NCBI GenBank assembly: GCA_038063775.1
Contig: JBBTUK010000008.1
Coordinates: 1-48,598, forward strand
Direction: 5' to 3'
DNA from: Patescibacteria group bacterium
Lineage (GTDB): Bacteria; Patescibacteriota; Minisyncoccia; Moranbacterales; UBA2206
DNA length: 48,598 bases
Under the pieces are notes generated by a model. It saw only the letters and a list, made by a program, of their open reading frames with translations, made no database searches and was not told where the DNA came from. Below, piece after piece: positions 42,446 to 48,598 of the stretch (positions are counted from its first letter, which is position 1; each line of letters opens with the position of its first letter). Made by a program: the position numbers and the translations under genes.

Positions 42446-42467
42446 AAAAAACCCTGCTTGCGCAGGG
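42446..42467 (-). terminator. Rho-independent terminator of thrS
   Basis: On the minus strand: CCCTGC-GCAA-GCAGGG followed by TTTTTT. Confidence 0.85.
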
Positions 42468-42490
42468 GGTTTCAAAAGTCATATTCAAGG

Positions 42491-44227
42491 CTATTTTTTA
42501 CCCCCGATTTCTTTTTTCAGCTTTTCAATAAAATCTTCTAATTTTATCATTCCTTCATCACCCTTATCGCGATGTCGGACTGCCACCGATTCGGCCTGCA
42601 TTTCCTTTTCTCCGACTATGAGCATATAAGGAATTTTTTGCTTTTCCCCATTGTGGATTCTTTTACCTAGAGATTCATTGGTAGCGTCTATTTCGGCACG
42701 AATTCCAGCAATATTTAATTTTTCCAAAACCTTTTTCGCGTATTTTCCAAATTTTTCTTCTGAAACCGGAATGACAAGTGCTTGAACAGGGGAAAGCCAT
42801 ATCGGGAAAGCTCCGGCGTAATGTTCAATGATAATGCCGATGAATCTTTCAAAGGCGCCGAAGATCGCGGCGTGGATCATAACGGGCGTCTTCTTTTTTC
42901 CGTCTGAATCAATATATTCCAATTCAAATCTTTGAGGCAATTGGAAATCCAGCTGAATCGTCGCCAGTTGCCAGGGTCGTCCCAAAGCGTCCTTTATATC
43001 AATGTCAATTTTTGGTCCGTAAAACGCGCCGTCTTTTTCTTTAATTTCGTATTTCACTTTTTCTTTTTTGAGCGCGCCCTCTAAATCTTTTTCCGCTTCG
43101 TTCCAATCTTTTATTTCTCCCATAAAATTTTCCGGCCGGGTAGAAAGATAGAATTCCGGTTCAAGTTCAAAGGCCTGATAGTATTCCTTAGCCATCTTAA
43201 CTAGGGCCGCGATTTCCTCCTTAACCTGCTCCTTTGTCAAGAAAATATGCGAATCGTCCTGGGTAATGTGCCGGACGCGGAGAAGGCCATTGAGTTCGCC
43301 GGACTTCTCGTTGCGCAAAACCCGGCCGATTTCCGTGTAACGAATCGGTAAGTCCTTATAGGACCTTTGTTTGGTTTGGTAAATTTTGATGTTGAAGGGG
43401 CAATCCATCGGCTTGATGCAGTATGTTTCACCGTTGACATCAAAATAAAACATATCCTTTTTGTAATGGTCCCAGTGTCCGGAAGTTTGCCAAAGAGAAT
43501 TTTTGGCTAAAATCGGAGTTTGAATTTCAAGATAGCCAAACTTTTTGCGGATACTTTTTCCGAATTTTTCTAGCTCATTCCAAATAATCATTCCTTTTGG
43601 ATGCCAAAAAGCTGAGCCTGGCGCTTCGGGATGAAAGGAAAATAAATCCAATTCGCGTCCCAGCTTTTTATGATCCCTCTTCTCCGCTTCTTCCAACATA
43701 CTCAAGTATTGTTCTAATTCTTTTTTTGATTCAAACACCACGCCGTAGATCCGCTGCATCTGCTTCTTATTCTCATCACCTTTCCAATAAGCGCCGGAAA
43801 TTTTGGTTAATTTGAAGGCCTCCGGATTAATATCTTTTGTGGAGGCGACATGAGGACCGGCGCAAAGATCGACAAACGGACCGGCTTTATAAATGCAGAT
43901 CTGTTCATTTTCTTTTTCCAAATCTTCAATAAGTTCCAGCTTGTAAGTCTGGCCTAATTTTTTAAAATCAGTTTTAGCGGTCGAAGCGGAAATTTTTGCT
44001 TCTTCAAATTTATGGCCGGCTTTAATAATGGCGCGCATCTTTTCTTCCAAAAGCGGCAGGTCTTCCGGAATGAGCGTCCGCGGCAGGTCAAAATCATAAT
44101 AAAAGCCGTTTTCAATGGCCGGTCCGGTTCCGAATTTGGCTTCCGGGAACATTTCCAAAACGGCAGCCGCCAGAACATGGGCCGTGGAATGTCTCAAAGT
44201 TTCCTCAACATTCTTCTTTTTTGTCAT
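42491..44227 (-). CDS. thrS: Threonyl-tRNA synthetase lacking the N-terminal TGS domain
   Basis: Starts at the editing/second-additional domain (HSTAHVLA). Class II motifs and an anticodon-binding domain are present. 578 aa. Confidence 0.93.
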   Translation of the reverse strand: MTKKKNVEETLRHSTAHVLAAAVLEMFPEAKFGTGPAIENGFYYDFDLPRTLIPEDLPLLEEKMRAIIKAGHKFEEAKISASTAKTDFKKLGQTYKLELIEDLEKENEQICIYKAGPFVDLCAGPHVASTKDINPEAFKLTKISGAYWKGDENKKQMQRIYGVVFESKKELEQYLSMLEEAEKRDHKKLGRELDLFSFHPEAPGSAFWHPKGMIIWNELEKFGKSIRKKFGYLEIQTPILAKNSLWQTSGHWDHYKKDMFYFDVNGETYCIKPMDCPFNIKIYQTKQRSYKDLPIRYTEIGRVLRNEKSGELNGLLRVRHITQDDSHIFLTKEQVKEEIAALVKMAKEYYQAFELEPEFYLSTRPENFMGEIKDWNEAEKDLEGALKKEKVKYEIKEKDGAFYGPKIDIDIKDALGRPWQLATIQLDFQLPQRFELEYIDSDGKKKTPVMIHAAIFGAFERFIGIIIEHYAGAFPIWLSPVQALVIPVSEEKFGKYAKKVLEKLNIAGIRAEIDATNESLGKRIHNGEKQKIPYMLIVGEKEMQAESVAVRHRDKGDEGMIKLEDFIEKLKKEIGGKK

Positions 44228-44233
44228 ACACCT

Positions 44234-44262
44234 ATTTTAATTATAAACTATAAAGGCGTCAA
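44234..44262 (-). promoter_or_regulatory. Sigma70-like promoter for thrS (TTGACG-N17-TAAAAT on the minus strand)
   Basis: Reverse complements cgtcaa at 44257-44262 and atttta at 44234-44239. SD AGGTG before the ATG. Confidence 0.45.
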
Positions 44263-44340
44263 TTCCAAGTCTCTTTTTTGAAATTTTTTGCTTGCAAGAT
44301 TGATATTACCTAAAGATGGTAAGCAGCCTCTTTTAATGGT

Positions 44341-44781
44341 ATGCTCAAAAAAATTTCAAAATCAGAGGACGAATGGAAGGAAGCCCTAACTCCTGAACAG
44401 TTTCGGATAATGCGCCTCAAAAAAACCGAACCTCCCTTTTCCGGGGAGTATTTGAATGTAGATGAAGAAGGCGCTTATCGCTGTGCGGCTTGCGGAAACA
44501 GACTATTCAGTTCAAAGGCCAAATACGATTCCGGAACGGGCTGGCCGAGTTTTTATGAAGCATTCAACGAAGGGCACATTGAGCTCGGAATTTATTCTCC
44601 ACATGGGACAGAAGTGATTTGCGGCCAATGCGAAGCGCATTTGGGGCATGTTTTCGAAGACGGTCCGGAGCCGACTGGGAAAAGATACTGCATAAACTCC
44701 GAGGCCCTGAAGCTAGACCAATCTGTGAGAGAGTATGCCAAAAAGGCGAGTAAGGAAGATTACTACGGAACACCTGCGTGA
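44341..44781 (+). CDS. msrB: Peptide-methionine (R)-S-oxide reductase
   Basis: CAACGNRLF, GWPSF, HLGHVF and RYCINS motifs. Confidence 0.92.
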   Translation: MLKKISKSEDEWKEALTPEQFRIMRLKKTEPPFSGEYLNVDEEGAYRCAACGNRLFSSKAKYDSGTGWPSFYEAFNEGHIELGIYSPHGTEVICGQCEAHLGHVFEDGPEPTGKRYCINSEALKLDQSVREYAKKASKEDYYGTPA

Positions 44782-44836
44782 TAAAAATTGGAAGAAAATA
44801 TAATGAAAGAAATAATGCTGAAAGGAGGTGGGAAGC

Positions 44837-45058
44837 GTGAAAAAAATTAACGGACTTGATTGGGCGGCCATGATACTTACAATTGTTGGAGCTGTGAATT
44901 GGGGATTAGTCGGTGCTTTTAATTTTAATTTGGCAGATGTTATTTTTGGCAGTTGGCCGTCTATTGTGCGGATCACGTATGTTATTATCGGACTATCCGG
45001 ACTTTATGTTCTGGCCAACATTTCGAAAATAGGCGGCGAGCAAGAGCAACAGAAATAA
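44837..45058 (+). CDS. DUF378-family small membrane protein
   Basis: LDWAAMILTIVGAVNWGLVGAFNFNL pattern. GTG 44837 lies 8 nt after AGGAGG (44823-44828). Confidence 0.7.
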   Translation: MKKINGLDWAAMILTIVGAVNWGLVGAFNFNLADVIFGSWPSIVRITYVIIGLSGLYVLANISKIGGEQEQQK

Positions 45059-45177
45059 TATTTTTTTAAATCCGGTTGCTGGGTAAAAAGGGGAAGTAAG
45101 TGCCAAAGGCCTTTTTTAGGTGATTTTTTTAGGTGTCCCCAATATAGCTTTTGTTGATAAGAATCCTCGCAATTTTT

Positions 45178-45206
45178 TTGACCGGTGTAGATTTTTAGCG
45201 TAAAAT
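45178..45206 (+). promoter_or_regulatory. Sigma70-like promoter (TTGACC-N17-TAAAAT)
   Basis: TTGACC at 45178-45183 and TAAAAT at 45201-45206, upstream of the 45222 ORF. Confidence 0.5.
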
Positions 45207-45221
45207 GTAATTATAACGCAT

Positions 45222-45527
45222 ATGGCCCAGGAATTTTTTTTGGATAATATCATAGCCCTTGTCAGGGGCATTAACCTAACTCCGATCATAGCTTTATATT
45301 GTGTATTGGGATTTGTTCTGTTTCTGACTATTTATCATTGGAGCGGAGCGGCGGAAGGAATTGAAAATTTGTCCACGGGCAAAAAACTACTCGTTTTTAT
45401 TTTGCTCGCAGCCGCGTTTGCGACTATTTATTACATTTTTTACAAAGCCGGAAAATTCGAAGCGATTTTAAACAACTCTCTGATAAAAGATACGGTCACC
45501 TTAATTAAGTCAAAATTTTTTAAATAA
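45222..45527 (+). CDS. Hypothetical membrane protein (two TM helices)
   Basis: ORF with its own promoter. Two hydrophobic helices. No family recognised. Confidence 0.5.
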   Translation: MAQEFFLDNIIALVRGINLTPIIALYCVLGFVLFLTIYHWSGAAEGIENLSTGKKLLVFILLAAAFATIYYIFYKAGKFEAILNNSLIKDTVTLIKSKFFK

Positions 45528-45535
45528 TTATATCT

Positions 45536-45694
45536 ATGAAGAAAAAAATCCGAAAAATAATGAAAAATCCCAGAAACAATTATTACGTGAATATTCCCAA
45601 GGAAGTGGTGCGAAAACTAAAATGGCGGGAAAACCAAAAAGTGGTGGTGGAAAATGAAGGAGAGGTAATTATAATTAGGGATTGGAATAAGTAA
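45536..45694 (+). CDS. 52-aa AbrB/SpoVT-like (swapped-hairpin) small DNA-binding protein candidate
   Basis: Not in the ORF track because it is under 60 aa. YYVNIPKEVVRKLKWRENQKVVVENEGEVIIIRDW resembles the AbrB/MazE-type pattern. Confidence 0.4.
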   Translation: MKKKIRKIMKNPRNNYYVNIPKEVVRKLKWRENQKVVVENEGEVIIIRDWNK

Positions 45695-45778
45695 GCCTGT
45701 TTTTAGCCTAAAATAGAACTAACAACAGGATAGATTTTATCCGTTTCGGATGGAAAGCGCAAAACAAAACTATCCCAA

Positions 45779-45997
45779 ATGAAACAAGCGAAACTTAAAG
45801 CGGAAAAAAGGCCTGCCCGCAAGGCAACTCTTAATAAGGCTGGGCGGAAATCTTTGATTGAAATGGATTCTGATGAAATACTAGAAAAGTACGAGAAAAG
45901 CGTTGCAGGCGGGGAAAAGAAAAAAAGGCCAAGAATGCGGGTTTCTGGCAAAAGCGTTTTCAAGATCCGGGATGTCATAGCAAAAAAATCCAAATAA
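45779..45997 (+). CDS. Hypothetical highly basic 72-aa protein
   Basis: Open frame only. Lys/Arg-rich. No family recognised. Confidence 0.35.
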   Translation: MKQAKLKAEKRPARKATLNKAGRKSLIEMDSDEILEKYEKSVAGGEKKKRPRMRVSGKSVFKIRDVIAKKSK

Positions 45998-46054
45998 AGG
46001 CCAGCAAAGTTAAAGTGACTGCCAGGCCGTGCTTAGTCGCAAGAAAATAAGAAA

Positions 46055-46501
46055 ATGCCAAAAAAAGCTTCAAATAGTTTTGAAATTTGTGCGCGTGGAA
46101 TAATTATCCGCGGCGGTAAAATTTTGCTCTGCAAGTTAAAAATCAAAAGGAACTATTTCTTTCCCGGTGGGCATGTGGAATTTAGAGAGAGAGCCGATTC
46201 GGCTCTCAAACGCGAACTTAAGGAAGAAATCGGCGTAAGCGTAAAAAAATCGCAATTCATCGGAACGAACGAAAATTTATACCGACAGCGGAGAAAAATT
46301 CTGCATGAGATAAACATTGTTTTTAAAGTGACTTTGAGTAAGGAAAATCTCGAAGTCCATGAAGACCATTTGGAGTTCAAATGGGTTGATATAAAGGACC
46401 TGGCTAAAACAGAAGTTTATCCGACGGCCATAAGGAATGCCGTTTTAAAATGGCTTAATGACAAAAAACCGTTCTGGATCAGCCAGGGATTTAAGAAATA
46501 A
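46055..46501 (+). CDS. NUDIX hydrolase
   Basis: Nudix box GGHVEFRERADSALKRELKEEIGV (GX5EX7REUXEEXGU). Confidence 0.88.
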   Translation: MPKKASNSFEICARGIIIRGGKILLCKLKIKRNYFFPGGHVEFRERADSALKRELKEEIGVSVKKSQFIGTNENLYRQRRKILHEINIVFKVTLSKENLEVHEDHLEFKWVDIKDLAKTEVYPTAIRNAVLKWLNDKKPFWISQGFKK

Positions 46502-46510
46502 AATAACTTT

Positions 46511-47137
46511 ATGCCTGAAAAACCGCCCAAGGATAATATAGTTTATGCTGATTTTCTAAATAAAAAAGTCCTTCCCGGTCCGCCGGAAAATCAGCAAATT
46601 ATACCGCCGGAAATATCGGAAGAAGAGGCTAAAAAAATAGAGCAGGATATATTTGATAATTTTGAACCGAAAGTTTGGCATTTGCGAGGATTAGCGCAAA
46701 AGTCCCGGGAAAAATTCAACGCTTACGAACATCTGATCTCTTCCAATCAATACAGAGAGGGGCATTATAGGATCTACGTCAGCCAACAGCAACCCCATCG
46801 CCTGGGAAGCAAACTGGGAAAGGAAAAGAAAATCCCTCAAATTTTCAGCGAAGATGAAAAGCGGTTTTATGGCAAAATATACGAATATGAAAGGGAATTT
46901 AAAGAATATATGGAAAATTTTTTGCTGGAAAGGGAGGGTCTGGAAAACAAATTATACAACGCTCATTCACATTTAAAAAATTTCAAAGGCGCGGAAGCTG
47001 TGAAAGAAAGGCTGGAAAGATATCTAGAAAAAACAGACTTTGATTTTACCAGTTTTGTTTTTATCAGGGATGATTTTGAGGGCTACCGGAAAAAGATTGA
47101 AACCATTGAGGAATTTGTCAAAAAGCTAATCAATTAA
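46511..47137 (+). CDS. Hypothetical protein (charged, helical)
   Basis: Long open frame, 9 nt after the NUDIX gene. No family recognised. Confidence 0.5.
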   Translation: MPEKPPKDNIVYADFLNKKVLPGPPENQQIIPPEISEEEAKKIEQDIFDNFEPKVWHLRGLAQKSREKFNAYEHLISSNQYREGHYRIYVSQQQPHRLGSKLGKEKKIPQIFSEDEKRFYGKIYEYEREFKEYMENFLLEREGLENKLYNAHSHLKNFKGAEAVKERLERYLEKTDFDFTSFVFIRDDFEGYRKKIETIEEFVKKLIN

Positions 47138-47470
47138 GAAATGGAGACTTTTGCAATTTTTTGAGCGACATGTAAATTACACTGTAGATAAAATAAGATA
47201 AAAAACTACGCTAAAACTGGAGGCAAAGTTGGAAAGCCGGCCTATCGTACGCCGTCCAGTTTTCTGGCGAAGAAAATTTTTGAAAAAATCAAGTTCCAAA
47301 GCCAAAAAATTCAAAAATTTTTGTTCAAAAGTAAGAAATGGAATCAAGAAAAGACGAAAAAACCGCCTATTGCCGTAACAGAAGAAAAAAGATAGGATTG
47401 AGAAGAAATCCTAATCGCGCCATTTAAGGGCGGAGACTGGAGGGCGTTTCTTTCAGGAAAAGAAAAAAAT

Positions 47471-48598
47471 ATGTCACACAGCAGCAATTATTGGTTACTT
47501 GCGATATTTTTAGTAGTAGCGATATCAGTGGTTTTTGGAAGCCATTTTTTTGTGTATTATTCCGTCGTTAATTTCTTCAAAATTGTCAGCTATAAATCAA
47601 AACTGATCCTGGCGCTTATTCTGACTTTGCTTCCGATGTTCTTCTTTGCCGCCTCGATTGTGGCGCATCTCCGAGAGACTCTGTTCACCAGAATATTTTA
47701 TTTTTCCGCTAGTTTATGGTTTGGAATACTTACGGAATTAGTTGTTGGGTTTGCCCTGGGATGGCTGATAATTGGCGTAACAAGGTTTGCCGGGTATAGT
47801 GCCAATACCAAGATCTTGGGATTGTCTGTCATTGCTCTGGTGCTGATTTACGTCAGTTATGGAATTTTCAGCGTGTTCAATCCCCAGGTAAAATATATTG
47901 ACGTTAAGATAAAAAACCTTCCTGATGCCTGGGAGGGGAAAACTGCGGTTCAGATTTCGGATGTGCATCTGGGACACATTTTAACGGCCGATTTTTTGCA
48001 CGGCATAGTCGGCAGGATAAATGAACTTAATCCGGAAATAGTTTTTATAACCGGTGATCTTTTTGACGGAATGGATGGCGATCTGACGGGCGTCGCAAAG
48101 CCTCTGGAAAATATAAAAGCCCCGTGGGGGATGTTCTACGTCACCGGCAATCATGAAACCTATCTAGGCGTAGAAAAAGCTTTCGCCGCCATCAAGGATA
48201 CTGGAATCAAAATTTTGAATGATGAGGAAGCGGGCGTCGAAGGAATGCAAATTGTCGGAGTGAGCTACCCGGAGAGAGGAGCTTCCAAAAATATCGGCGA
48301 GGCGATAAAAGCTATTAACGGTTATAATCCCGACCTGCCTTCAATTCTTCTTTACCACAGTCCGGTTCAAATAGAACAAATTAAGGAAGCGGGAATAGAT
48401 TTCGAGCTTTCCGGTCATACTCACAAAGGCCAAATTTTCCCCCTGAGATTTGTCACATGGCTGATTTACAAGGGCTACGATTATGGCCTGCATACGGAAG
48501 GAGATTTCTCAATTTATACTTCGAGCGGTGTGGGAGTCTGGGGACCGACCATGCGGACAGCCGCCACGCCGGAAATTGTGGTTATCAAATTTGAATAA
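47471..48598 (+). CDS. Membrane-anchored calcineurin-like metallophosphoesterase
   Basis: Four N-terminal TM helices, then SDVHLGH, GDLFDG, GNHE and GHTH motifs. The stop TAA falls at the window end. Confidence 0.85.
   Translation: MSHSSNYWLLAIFLVVAISVVFGSHFFVYYSVVNFFKIVSYKSKLILALILTLLPMFFFAASIVAHLRETLFTRIFYFSASLWFGILTELVVGFALGWLIIGVTRFAGYSANTKILGLSVIALVLIYVSYGIFSVFNPQVKYIDVKIKNLPDAWEGKTAVQISDVHLGHILTADFLHGIVGRINELNPEIVFITGDLFDGMDGDLTGVAKPLENIKAPWGMFYVTGNHETYLGVEKAFAAIKDTGIKILNDEEAGVEGMQIVGVSYPERGASKNIGEAIKAINGYNPDLPSILLYHSPVQIEQIKEAGIDFELSGHTHKGQIFPLRFVTWLIYKGYDYGLHTEGDFSIYTSSGVGVWGPTMRTAATPEIVVIKFE

Overview
AT-rich, gene-dense bacterial window with short spacers and many ATGA stop/start overlaps. 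The gene content and style suggest a CPR/Patescibacteria-type genome, but that is inference only. Left to right: ruvX (5' partial), LysM lytic transglycosylase, GT2 glycosyltransferase, galT, tpiA and fba. Then a [NiFe]-hydrogenase locus: hypC-hypD-hypE, an antisense Kae1-domain-only hypF-like gene, the small subunit, a matrixin-like protease, the large subunit and a zinc-finger-less hypA-like gene. Next come gap, a D-aminoacylase-family amidohydrolase, murD, groES-groEL (minus), tRNA-Ala and tRNA-Ile (minus), secE-nusG-rplK-rplA, and a dC-to-dTDP cluster (dCMP deaminase, P-loop kinase, long ThyX-like protein, tmk). A ~12.6 kb heavy-metal (copper-type) island spans 24.6-37.3 kb, followed by mazG-like, gatB, a 0.6 kb small-ORF spacer, miaB-miaA (minus), thrS (minus), msrB, small orphan genes, a NUDIX gene and a membrane metallophosphoesterase. 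No CRISPR array, rRNA gene, transposase or integrase was seen. Main hunt results: (1) Four MITE-like elements with CCCG-type terminal inverted repeats and 4-bp duplications (TGAA or TATG) sit exactly on start codons. Three of them rebuild the downstream start codon from the element's own last base. (2) Two matching cassettes upstream of gatB and miaB each consist of a diverged ghost copy of the gene's first 11-13 codons, a 31-nt CCCC...GGGG hairpin, ACGGGGCAAG and 11 nt before the real ATG. (3) Two in-frame GGGTTAC heptad arrays with G-quadruplex potential lie exactly 477 bp apart inside the hypF-like gene. (4) The hydrogenase maturation set looks reduced. (5) The metal island has vicinal Cys-Cys motifs in five of its proteins, a CPD-motif P1B ATPase and no visible regulator. 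All family names rest on motif recognition by eye. No database searches or folding calculations were run.
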